A stretch of DNA of 63,344 nucleotides, counting the filler, from Reticulomyxa filosa (Eukaryota; Protista; Foraminifera): NCBI GenBank assembly GCA_000512085.1. It is 19 parts of 19 records of this genome, joined end to end, with 100 filler letters (N's around TTAATTAATTAA, not from the genome) between each part and the next. Parts side by side here need not be neighbours in the genome. Positions count along the whole stretch, not along the records: positions 48,473 to 61,692 come from ASPP01005406.1; positions 61,793 to 63,344 come from ASPP01001349.1; 17 more parts are not named here. The stretch is one strand, 5' to 3'. Under the pieces are notes generated by a model, which saw nothing but the letters and a program-made list of their open reading frames with translations, searched no databases and had not been told where the DNA came from. Made by a program: the position numbers and the translations under genes. This document shows positions 52,044 through 63,344 of this stretch, in pieces (position 1 is the first letter of the stretch; each line of letters opens with the position of its first letter).

Positions 52044-54021
52044 ATGACAAGTGAGGAAAAGAGATCCAAAAAAAAAAAGAAGCCAGAAGGTATGTTGTGT
52101 TTGATGTATCTATATGAAAGGCAAGAGGAATGTATACCAAAAAAGAGACAGAAAAAGTAAAAGACAAAGAGAAAAGAAAAGGAAAGAGTAAAAAAAAAGA
52201 AGAAGAAAATAAGGAAGAAGCGAAAGAAGAAAACAAGGAAGAAGATGACAACGATAACAATAGCGAAAAAGAAGCAGAAAATGATATCAGCAAAGAAAAG
52301 ACACGATTGAAAAAAGAGGCAAAAAAGATGATTGACAAGCAGTACAAGAGATTTGGAGTGCTGCTGAGATGGGCAGGATTAGAGCAATGGTTGAACAAAG
52401 ACAAGGACGAAGATGAAGATGATGAAAACGGCAAGGAAAAGAATAACAAAAAAGATGATAATGGTACTATTGATGATGCGGATGAATCGAACTGGGCGCA
52501 TCATATGTCAATGGCAGCGGTAAAAAAAAAAATGTAATGTACTCATATATGTAAGACGTATATTACCATATACGTGTCTCATATATGACGTGTAGATGGT
52601 AATTCTGTTTGTCGGCATTTACGTGTGGGGCGGAATAATAATATCGAAAGTAGCTCGGAAGCAAAAGGCGATAAATGAGACTTGCTGGAAGGATTCAAAC
52701 GAAAATGGGAGCGGGTACACGGCGTACAATTACATATATTTGGGATGGGCCATTTGGTATTGGATCGTGCCTTTGTCGTGGTACTTAACGTTAGGAGCAT
52801 ATTTCAAAACCAATGTCATGAAACAGCAATTGAAGTTATTGGACATGCCATCGGTAGTGAAGGCGTTTGGACATTACAACCCGCCCATTCAATATAAAAT
52901 TGGAGGGATAGTATATGTTTGCCTGGTGCTGACATTAGTTATCTTCAACAACGCCGAGGACTGTAACAACACCAATGATTTAAATTGGTTCAATCGACAT
53001 TGGTGGCTATATTTTGTCAAGAATTGCATCACTATCGTCCCCCCGTTGTTAATTTTTGTCGGGTTTACGTTAATCCATTGGATCGCATCAATCCATCGGA
53101 CTTTGTATGGGCGCTTGCTATTTGTGTTGATGGCTCAGCAAAAACTGGTGCAGAGCTATCGTTTGCAAAGGGGGAAAATCCCACCGACAAAAGTGATTTG
53201 GAACACGATTATAAAGTACTATCGCAAAGACTCATCACTGCAAATGATACTTTAAATTCACCTTCAAAATTGCTATCAGCAGCGTCGATGGAATCCGCTT
53301 CCTATTACTATCAATATTCTCCTGCTCAACTTCGACATATATTCGATATGCTGTCTTCCGTTGCAAATGTGTATATACAAGGTACGAATGATGACAGTGA
53401 CAAAGATTCATATTTATCTTCATTTGTGTACTCACCCTTTGAGTCTGTCAATCCTCTCCCCATCGGCTTGCTTTCGCAACATCCGGGATTCGTTGACATG
53501 GATGAAGTAGAGTTACAATATTTGTGGCTGTCTTCCCCTTCGTGGATCCTCTCCACGGCCGAGATGTTTCGACATCAGCATATCAAGTGTATGAATGCGG
53601 TGGCACGGATATCTGTCCATTTGCAGTTTATCGTTTTCACTTTCTTTGTTGGCTTGCTCTCTGCCATTGCACTGGCTCTAGTTCAGATTTATTTGCTGGC
53701 ATTTGACTCCTCCACTCCAAACACGTACTTGATGTGGGTCATTGTCATTGCGAGATTTTCTTGTTTCCTTTATGGTTTTGTCTTTTTTTGTTGGCTATTC
53801 TTCAAATCAATTGGATCTGTTTTCAGGTCTCACAATGGATTTGCGAGTTTGGGTGCTGGAATGGGGAAGAGAGAATTAAAGTTTTTAAACTCTTACGAAA
53901 GTTACCTATTGCCTTCCTTTTTTTTGATCAATTGCTCACTGTTTCCTTTTTTTATGATTTGACACAATACCTTGTCGTTGCGGTTTTTATACCCTTTGTG
54001 AAACTTATTAAAACTTCTTAA
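52044..54021 (+). CDS. Seven-transmembrane protein, gustatory-receptor-like/DUF3537 (7TMIC) architecture; two homopolymer frameshifts (near 53170 and 53950)
   Basis: Charged N-terminus, LLRWAGL, four TMs (52596-53140), long loop, QHIKCMNAVARISVHLQFIVF TM5, TM6 ending FFKSIGSVFRSH, final segment LKFLNSY..SFFLIN..YDLTQYLVVAVFIPF. Confidence 0.65.
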
Positions 54022-54495
54022 TAATTTTATTGCTTTGTTACAATTTGTACAATATTTTTTTTTTGGGCATGTTATGAGTTCAAAAGACTGTTCGTCACCT
54101 CATTTACTCTTGTTCATCCTTCATGTAATTATCACTTTTACTACAAAAAAAACTCAAAAAATCGATTTTGGAGGATTGAAACTTTGACTAGTATGTCAAC
54201 TCCAGTATTAAAAATGCACGTTGTGGCTGAATCCCTTCATGAAATGCCAATTGCAGAAAAACTTTGAGCCTAGCAGTCGTGAGTAGAAAAATGTTTGAGT
54301 TGTAGAGTGGTTCAAATTCGAACACTATATCTAATTATTCTTCTCTTTAAAAAAATTAAAAGCCATACAATTCGGTTTTTCGTCTTTCTATTCAATAACA
54401 TTTTTTCATTCAAAAATAATGATCTTATATTTAAATAGCCAAAAAAGCTGATTACATGTGCCATCATTGATTGATGCTGCTTTTATATATATTTT

Positions 54496-55846
54496 TTATT
54501 CTGATGCTATTTTTGGCGCTTCACATGGAAGTGCAATAACCATTACTTGATCTTCATCCTTTTTTTCTTCAATTTCATTATTTTCTTTTTTTTCTTCAGG
54601 CAACATTGTTGTAATTTTGTCTAATAATTCATTGTTAATTTCATTTCTTGAAGGAAACATGATTTTGAACGTAATATACAAATTTCCTTTCATGGTAGGA
54701 TTTTGTTTCTTTGGCATACCTTTATGATAAATGACTCGAATCTCCCCATGTTGAACAATTTCCCCTAATTCAGATTTCAATAACAGTTTCTTTCCATCCA
54801 AATAGGGAATAAAAATCATATATCCACACAATGCTTGTTTCAAAGACAGTGTGAAATTCATATACAAATCATCTTCAGTTCGAGTGAATACCTTATGTTT
54901 TTTGCATTTAATAGTAATTATCACATCTCCTGTTTTTTGTGTAGTTGATACATGTCCTTTTTCATGAATGATAATTTGATCGTCATGTTTTGATCCAGCC
55001 GGAATTTTCACATCAATCTTTATAAAAAAGACAAAACAACATAATAATAATAATAATAATAATAACTCACAATTACAACATATCCAAACTGTTTCAGTAA
55101 TCTGTTCAAGTCTTTTTTCATTACATCGACTGCACTTATTTTTATCTCTAATTATAACTCCTTGCCCTCCACATCTGGCACAAGGCTCTTGTTTTCTCTT
55201 GACTATATATCCTATCTTTATCATTCGAACAGTCAAGCCCTGTCCATTGCATTGACTACATTCAACAGGTTTGATATTACCTCTATCGCTGCAGCTAGGA
55301 CAAAGTGAATTGCGTGTAATTTGAACTTCTTTCGTTGTGGTTTTATACAAATCTTCCAATGAAATATCCAAAGATATTTCTATTGGTGCCACATTTTCGT
55401 CTTGTTTTTTTTTATCACTTTCTGAAAATACGCTGACAACAGTGTCCATGTTGGACTGAAAGTTTTCCTTCGCTTTTGACTTCCCATAACTTTAGCAACC
55501 CACACATACTATATTCTGATATATTATGTGATTGTAGGTTTGTGTGTATGTGCACCTGTCATAAGCTTTACGCTTTGCTGGATTGTTTAATACGTCATAT
55601 GCTTCTTGTAAACGTTGGAACAGTTCCTTATATTTTATTTTGTATCAATATATTCAAATTGGGTACTTGCAAAAATTAAAAATCATCTAAACTTGATATT
55701 TGCGTTTTTCTTCTTGGTGTTTGTCAGGATGCAACTTTCGCGCTTTTTTGCGATACGCCTTCACAATTTCTTCTCGTGAAGCATTTGCTGCCACCCCCAT
55801 TATTTTATAATACTTTTTGTAGTCAGCTGGTTTTTCGTCCTTTCAT
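54496..55846 (-). CDS. DNAJA: Type I DnaJ/Hsp40 (DNAJA-like), multi-exon
   Basis: YYKIMGV..AYRKKARKLHPDK (HPD), SLEDLY, CSQCNGQG and CARCGGQG Zn fingers, KGMP..GNLYITF. Confidence 0.92.
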
Positions 55847-56384
55847 TTTTTTTTGTTAGTTCAAACGAGAAATAACAATATTAAGAAAAAATTAAAGTTT
55901 CATTTCAACATTACTAACATCGTCATCATCACTTTCTTCGGGTTTATCCATAGCAATAGCTTCAAACGAGATCCTAGATTTTCAGACCCCTTTTTTGTCC
56001 AGTGGACAAACCGACAAATGTTCCCACCAAAGCTTTCTCCGTGGGCGAGTATATTGCTTAAATTCTAACAAACAAAATACAACACTACCCCTGCAAGTAA
56101 GAAAAACATGATTTATTGAGTTCTGGACAATTTACCTGTGGTTTGAAGTTTGAGCAAAATGGCGTGAGCCACTTGTAACAGAATTGTTTGGATATGGTCG
56201 TCATTCATTTTTTTTTTACAAAAGATACAAGAGGGGTCAAAGTTGTGATGAATTTACAATAAAAAAGATTCAGTTGTGAACAATTGTAGTTTTATTTCCC
56301 ACAACGAGATAGCAAAAAGAATAAGAAAACAAAAGCATGTCTTTACACAATTTAAACAAAGGGTGCATAAAGGTTTTGCTTTGT

Positions 56385-59217
56385 TTATGGTTGTGAGTTT
56401 TCAATAGTTTTTTCTCCAATTCTATCTCCAACTTGAATGAGAGTTTCCAACTTTTCCTTGCTGTGTCGAAGCAAGTCATCATCAAAACGAACGACATCTT
56501 TTTGGAATAAAACCAGGACAGTAGATCCGCCAAATCGAAACTCTCCACTGACATCTCCTCGACGAACCTCATGGCCTTCTTCAAGTTTGGTTCCATCTTT
56601 TTGGAATAAATAGTAACTTCCAACTAGAGTGGCTCCAATTGGAATCATAATGACCAGTCCAAATCTGTCTTTGCCAGTCTCAATTTCAATAACACAGCGC
56701 TTATTTTCAGTATACACATTGACTGGTTGGTTAATGGCAATGGGGTTCACAGTGTACAAAGCGCCATCAATAGGCGTTATTTTTGTGACTGTCCCCGAAA
56801 CAGGCCAATGAAAGCGGTGATAATCTTGAGGAGCCAGTCTGGCAATAACAAAGCTTCCTCCTTCCAACTTCTCGCCAACCTCAGCGTAACGACTAGCCAA
56901 TAAATTGGCAAGTGTCCATTCGCTGCCCTAATATCGTAGACACATTGACATATGTGCAATCAATCTTCACATAGTGATTCATCCCAAAAAAAGTCATAAT
57001 ATAAAGCAGAAGAGAATAAATAATGTTTAACTTTGACCCAAATAGACGATTCAACAATGTTGGAAAACAGAACCAATCTGCAATCGGCGGGTGAGACTGC
57101 AATATTTTCATTGTCAGGTGAATGCAATGGGCGCGATTGCGGATCAATAGCTCGCGCAAAGAAATCATTGAACGTGGCATAATCTTCAACTTGTTTGTTC
57201 GCCATAATACTCATATCCAGATTATGCAACTCAATGAAATGAGGGATTTCTTTTGCTGATTCTTTTTGGTCGTACTCCTTTCCTTTATCTCGACTCATTT
57301 TTGTGAGAACCGAAGACATTTGCTTGGCAAACACTCGACCACTCGACGAATTGTACATCAACTGCAAGGCTTGCCACACATATCCGGGAATGTTTTCTTG
57401 AATGACTAATCCGGTACGACGATCCTTGATTTTGATAATGCGACGCTCATTGCCAATTTTGGGGGGCTCGGTTACTCCTGTCATCAAATGTGCATCAAAC
57501 GTTGCTTCCCCTCCTGCTCTTAAAAAGTTTTCCAACACGGAGGCCATCCAAGGACTTCGCTGGAAGTTATAATCTTTCAACATATTTATAATCTCTGTCT
57601 TGCTCCAAATATCATTGGCATCTTCGTCGTACTTTCGGAAGAACTGATCAGGATCTTCTGGAATATCCAACGACAACAACAACTTTTGCACTTCTTCCTT
57701 TTCCAATTGTCCATTGCGATTCGTATCGAAATGATCTACCATCGCGTCATAATAACGCGCTTGAACGTGATCCTTGGCATGCAGTTTCGCACTCACTGTT
57801 AATATTCCACATTCTCCTGCTGCTGTCTCTTGGGCTGCCAGCTGTGTTTTTTTTTTTTTTTTTTGTTCATGTAGTATATGTTGTTACGCACGTAATACAT
57901 ATGTAGATATATTTCTTGTAAACAGAAGGAATGTGTAACATTGCTTGCAGACAGCGTCTTGTCCAATTCAATTTGAATCTTTGACAACGGCACATTCTTT
58001 TCGAACATTTCTTCCTCTTTGTTTTCAAAAATGCGTTTTGCGGATACCACACCTTGTCCAAAGGCTTCGTGCTTTGCACTGTCATCCATCACGGTTATTT
58101 GCAAGTAATACGATGCGTTATTTTCCTTGTGGACAAATATATACGCCTTCTCATTCCTTTTTTTTGTTGTTGTCGTTGTATGTTCTCATCATTGTCATTA
58201 TTATTGAATTTTAAAAAAAGGGGGAGTGAAAAAAAAAAAAAAAGCAAGACCGAATAAACCCAAAAAAAAAGTACGTATACAATTCTTTTTTTTTTTTTTT
58301 TGCATCTTTTTGTTGAACAAAAAAAAAAAAAGACTTACCAATGACAGTTTTTAATATTGGTCAATTTGGACGTGTGCAGCACTTGTGTCCCCCATTCGAT
58401 ACGTACATACGGTTTGGAATGTCCATTGTTGAACCAGGGCATTTTCCCCAAATCGATTCCCTCGCCAATGGTCAGTTCTAACACATGAGTCCAGTCTCGG
58501 ATGACTAGCGTGTTTGCGTCTTCGATCACACTGACTTGGACTTGGATTTCGCCTACATCTTTGTTGTCTTTGGCTTTCAATGGCAGCCACACTGGCAACG
58601 CCGATCCTCTCATATTCTGTTTGTTTTTTTTTAGATCATGCACTAAAAGTTAATCCCCTCACATACACACGTGGCAAAAGGAAATTTTTTAAAAAAAAGG
58701 GGGAAATGTCAGAATTTTCTTGAAAAAAACACACTTCAGTCCCAGTAATAGTAGCAGCTCCTAAAAAGTCGTCTTTTGATGCTCTATCGTAATCCCAGAC
58801 CTCCAATGTGATCGATTGGCAGTCACTAATGATACCGATGCCTTCACACACGATACCGTCATTCCACACGGGGTTTTTCGTCTTTTTGATGACACGTGTG
58901 CGCGATTGCTCCAACGGCTGGTCTGGATTTGACTTACTCAAAAAGGTCACTTTTACGTATGGGTCACTAGCCCCTGATGCGTCTGCTCCTTCCAAATGTC
59001 GGCCTTGGATCACGTGCACTGTTATTCGATTGTCCATACGATCGTACGCCTTTATCGATGTCTCTTCATTTTTGCTTTCTTTCTTCTCTTCCGATGCGTT
59101 TGCTTCGGGCGAGTTTGTCTTTGTGTCTGCTGAGTTTTGTTGATTCTCTTCACCACCTTTTTGTTGGTTTTCTTCGTTACTTTTTTGTTCTACTTGAGTT
59201 GAAGCACAGCAACCCAT
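56385..59217 (-). CDS. PSD2: Phosphatidylserine decarboxylase, Psd2-type, with two C2 domains and EF-hands
   Basis: MGCCAS start; C2 motifs SDPYVKV..VWDYD and KPYVRIEW; EF loop DTNRNGQLEKEE; TFNDFFAR, SPADCR, RLAPQDYHRFH, FGGST autocleavage site. Confidence 0.93.
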
Positions 59218-59747
59218 GTTGTTTTTTCTTCACGTTCCGGTTACTTTGATGATAAATATGATAGTCCTTTTTTTTTCCTTTTCTTTTTCCCTTTCCAAAG
59301 GTTATGCAAGTTCAGATTAGGCCAGTCAACAGCAGGAAAGTTAAAATTTTTAAAGAAAAAATAATTGTAATTTTATATGAAAAAACTCGCTCAGTGTGCA
59401 AAATCGATAAGAGGAAAAAAAAATGGATGACGCAAGTCTAAAATGGGGTCTGTCCACAAGATTTTCAAACTGTGAGTAAATCTTGCAGCTTGTGAAAGTA
59501 ATGCAGCTAAAAGTAGCTTCAATCATGCAACAAACATCGCCAACGCTACATTTAAATTCGAATATTATTATCCATGCTCTCGAGTGTTTAATAATCTATG
59601 GGCCGCTGGCGTGCGTACTGAGTGCGGTAATGAACGGTCGTTGGTTCACAGTTAAAACAGCTTTTTAAACACGCCAACAATAGCGCAACATCGAACAAGA
59701 GAACAGAAACAGTAAAACATTGGATACAGGGTCATTATTTTGTACAA

Positions 59748-60378
59748 ATGCAATTATCCACCACGACCCGCGCCAAATATGACACGACGAAAGACATCAG
59801 CGTGAGTATTTTGAACTCATTGGAAGACGCAAGGTATACGGTTAGAGATGCACTTGAGACCCAACAGCTAATCTATTTCGGTTGTGTCTTGCCATTGTGC
59901 ATGTGGTACTTGATCAATTCGGTCTCAAATATTGTAAATTTGGAGATATTATTAAGAATTAAGCCCTTTGCCATATTTCCATTGACTATTTCCACTGGTT
60001 TGTTTTCTTTTTTTGCGAACACTGAAAAAAAAACGTATTCCTCCACTCTTTGCAATATACACGTATATATGTATGTATACAGTATCTTCGATTTCGGTCC
60101 TTTTAAAAATCTCTCAAAAATTGAATGGATGGCACGGACTGGAAATGCAAAAGATAAGCAATGTTTTGCAATACCAAGTAACTTTGTCTTTGTTTCCAGA
60201 TGTTGCATGTGTTTTATTTTTTTCTGGTTTTGTTGCTCATTTTATTATTTGGGGACGGCAAGTGTTTGTACTTCTTTGTCGTGCTAACACCCCAGTGTCG
60301 CAACTTCCACCACAACAACAACAACCTTCATATCAACGATCTCCATCCCAACGGCCTTTGGACCCGCCTCTGGACTAG
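59748..60378 (+). CDS. Hypothetical small membrane protein (spliced)
   Basis: Open frames with a hydrophobic segment and a Pro/Gln-rich end; no family recognised. Confidence 0.3.
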
Positions 60379-60948
60379 ACAGGCAAATATATGTAATATT
60401 TGTAACGGCCACAAAAAAAAAAAAAAAAGAGGCAATCGTCATTTCACTCTTTTTTTTTCTCTCCCATTGGATAAAATCAGTCCATGCAAAAATGGAATTG
60501 ACTTTCCCATAATGGCTGTGTTGGGCAAACGTACGTTTTATACAAGAAGGTGAAACATAATAAAAAAATAAAAATGTTCTTTTTATTTTTTTTGATTGCG
60601 CAGTGTTAGCATTTTAGTTGAAGAGATTAGTGTGAGTAGGAGGTTATTCATGTGTAGTACTCTATTTTTATCCTGTTTTTTGTTTCACAATGTTACATTT
60701 CTCTTATCAGTTTATTCAACAAAAAAAAATCTGTTTTTGTGTCACACTTTGCATCCAAACTATTTTGAAAGGTGCCAGTGTTTGTTTACGTTTTTCAAAT
60801 TGAACCATTCGAATTGAGATAAATGTGAGAGGTGGAGAGCATTAAGCTAACCAAAAACAAAGAAAACAGATTTGATAAAAGAAAAATTACTTTGACTGTC
60901 TCACAGGTTAGTTCTTCTCCCCCTTTTTTTTTAAATAGAAAAAATCTA

Positions 60949-61692
60949 ATGTCAACATCAACGAGTAGCCAGCATACCTCTCGTTCACGACGAGTGCAAG
61001 CAACCTTGCAATTGAAAAATGCGGAACTCTATCCAGGAAGTGAGCTTCATGGAACGGTGACACTTCAACTGCAAAGGTCATCCTCGCAATGGAAATGGAC
61101 GAACCAAGGGGGCGTATCCCGAACGAAAACTCCAAGCGCCTCATTGTTTCAGCATCGCAGTTTGTGGGATATACATATGCATATATGTCTATATATTATA
61201 AATGTACATGTACATATGTATATGTGTATATGATGTTCCTGTGATGGATGACATGTGTGTATTGTATTAAAAAAAAAGGATCGAATAGTTTGGATAGTGA
61301 CATATCATCAATAGTGATGGAAAAGCCAGGCAACAAGAAAGGGATAATAATCGACGAAGTAAGCATAGCAGTGAATGGAATCTGCGTAGTAAACTGCGAC
61401 GACATATCGCATTTCCCCAAGCATTTGCAAGGAGTGGGCATGTCGAAAGGCGACAGCGGACAGTCTTTGCACTCGCCCATGGCAATGGCAAGCGCAGGCA
61501 TAGGCACGACGACAACAACAATGACGACAATGACGACGTCATTGGGTTCGAGTATGAGCAGTGGCATGTCAGTCGAGGCCAATGGTAAGTACGTGCAGCA
61601 GTTTAATATGTTGCGAGGTAAGCACAATACGTTAGGCAAAGGCTTGCAACTGGGCCACTCATCATCATTATCATCATCATCATCATCATCAT
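60949..61692 (+). CDS. Arrestin-fold/Rgp1-like protein, N-terminal part
   Basis: LQLKNAELYPGSELHGTVTLQL then IDEVSIAVNGIC, the spacing of arrestin_N first strands. Confidence 0.45.
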
Positions 61693-63344
61693 NNNNNNNN
61701 NNNNNNNNNNNNNNNNNNNNNNNNNNNNNNNNNNNNTTAATTAATTAANNNNNNNNNNNNNNNNNNNNNNNNNNNNNNNNNNNNNNNNNNNNTGAACAGC
61801 ACTTGTGAAAAGCCAGGACAGTGTTGCTTTGGTAGGTTATAGGAATTTATAACCTCAATAAACTGTTTCGAAAATATCAAAAAAAGCTTACAAATGAAAC
61901 CTCTCTTAAAAATAAGAAGAGAATGCACAAAAATATAAATTACTGATTCACACTGTTGAATTAAATGAAGATTTATAGCCACAATTGTGATAGACAAAAG
62001 GCTAGAACAAAGATGAAATATTGAGAGTTTGAGAAAACAGGCAACAAAATGTTTACGTGGCAAATTGACACACTTTTCAAGAATTTTTTTAGATATTATT
62101 ATTTTTAAAAAGCAATTTGAAAATGCAATGAATGGTATTGAAATTAAAAAATTAGCAACAAGACTGCAGAAATACGAAATTACAGTTTTGAAAACTACGT
62201 CGTTTATAAGAAAATGAAAGATTATTGGAAAAAATTAAAGTATTATGTCGTGGTGATTCTAATCAAGCATTTGATATTGGAGTATTTACAATTTTATGTG
62301 ATAATTCAACCAAACTATAAACTGCATTTGCAGTGATAAAAAAAGCAGAACCCAAAAATAAGAATTCATTTGATAAATAATCAAAGACGTATTATCAATT
62401 TTATAACATTAAATTGTATGCAAATAACGTTGAAGGATTTTACAACGTTAAAAGGATAGAATCCAATGAAGTCATTTATTTTATGAACATATTCAAATAT
62501 GGAAATCTAATAACTCATTAGAAGATGAAGAATTAAAAGTAAATAATGAAACATTGGTTAAAATCAATGACATAATTTGCAGATTGTTACAAATCAATTA
62601 AAAGGAGTAAATGAAGAAGCAATCAATGTCAGAAAGGATATCTCTTTGAAATTGACCAAATTTGTATATGACCAACTTTGTAAATTCAATCCAAAGACAA
62701 ATTATTTATATGTGATTGTTATTAGTATATATTGATTTGTTAATTAAAGAAAAAGAAAAAAAAAACGAATGACAACAAGCAATTATATTACAGTCTATTA
62801 TCATCATTTAGAAGCATTGCAGGAAACAAATGTAGATTCTAAAATATACATTCAGTTTATTCCCATTACATAAACTATTAATAAATAAATAAAATATTTA
62901 TGGTAATGAAAAAGAAAAAGGAAAGATTTAAACAAATACTTTTTATTAAACTTCAAAAATATCAAAGTATAAAATATAAAATATAAATAAAAAACAAAAG
63001 CAAGTCAATACATAGTGCTTTCGTAGTTCTGTTATCACGTACTGTTCAGACAAGAGCTTGTCAATAAAAAAATTGCTTATGTTTATTATGCAGTTGCATT
63101 ATTTGATATTTGCAATTGAAAACAAAAAATCTTTCTTTTTTTTTGTGGAATTTTTTGTCACTACTATGTACACATATTCGTGCTATCTCAAATTTGAGCT
63201 TCACTTCTTAAATGTTCTAGCACACATCGTAAATTAAGCTTTTCAACGTAAATCACTTAAATCCTCTTTTAATAATAAAAAAAAATATTGGCATCAAAAT
63301 TTTTTAAAAAAAAGCAAATGAAGGGAAAATCAAAAAAGAAAAAA

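Larger units (their letters stand above)
3047..61792. other. 18 artificial contig linkers (44 N + TTAATTAATTAA + 44 N) at 3047-3146, 7013-7112, 8362-8461, 9607-9706, 11064-11163, 12301-12400, 13538-13637, 16395-16494, 18299-18398, 24540-24639, 26061-26160, 36095-36194, 38237-38336, 40956-41055, 42247-42346, 46816-46915, 48373-48472, 61693-61792
   Basis: Identical 100-bp construct each time; the 12-mer puts stops in all six frames; composition and gene content change abruptly across each one. Confidence 0.98.

Noticed and set aside
53160-53190. Programmed -1 frameshift in the 7-TM gene (also 13364-13369 and near 41476)
   Set aside because: No in-frame X XXY YYZ heptamer; all shifts fall on homopolymers, typical of pyrosequencing-type errors.
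3047-61792. Recurrent TTAATTAATTAA as a biological repeat or array
   Set aside because: Always centred in exactly 44+44 N; it is an artificial six-frame-stop linker. Gene neighbourhoods across linkers carry no meaning.
61793-63344. Gene on the last contig
   Set aside because: Looks like decayed coding sequence with many stops, but no family can be supported.

Overview
This window is not one chromosomal locus. It holds 19 unrelated contigs joined by 18 identical artificial 100-bp linkers (44 N + TTAATTAATTAA + 44 N). Seventeen contigs are from an AT-rich, intron- and microsatellite-rich protist; the expanded gene families suggest a foraminiferan such as Reticulomyxa (inference). Two short GC-rich contigs are bacterial or phage co-assembled DNA: an RluA + alpha/beta-hydrolase fragment, and a phage early-gene region. 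Recognisable host genes are a Ser/Thr kinase, symplekin, PRP4-like WD40, MIF, syntaxin-6, a TLDc protein, kinesin-14, a TBC1D5-like Rab-GAP, PRPP synthetase, DnaJA and a C2/EF-hand phosphatidylserine decarboxylase. Pseudogenes include RNR small subunit, two kinesins and TVP38/TMEM64. The best leads from reading the raw sequence are: (1) a 7-TM protein with the gustatory-receptor/DUF3537 (7TMIC) layout, hidden by two homopolymer frameshifts; (2) a CHAT (caspase-like)-STAND NTPase fusion with both catalytic sites degenerate; (3) a CUE-PUB-ADP-ribosyltransferase-like protein with extreme AT drift inside the gene; (4) a Tc1 element nested in the TIR of another Tc1, which itself interrupts a TVP38 gene; (5) a strong G:C->T:A transversion signature in decaying DNA; (6) a phage gene bounded by identical 19-bp RBS/stop/start repeats; (7) introns ending in poly-A-AG instead of a pyrimidine tract. 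All family calls come from motif recognition by eye; no searches were run.
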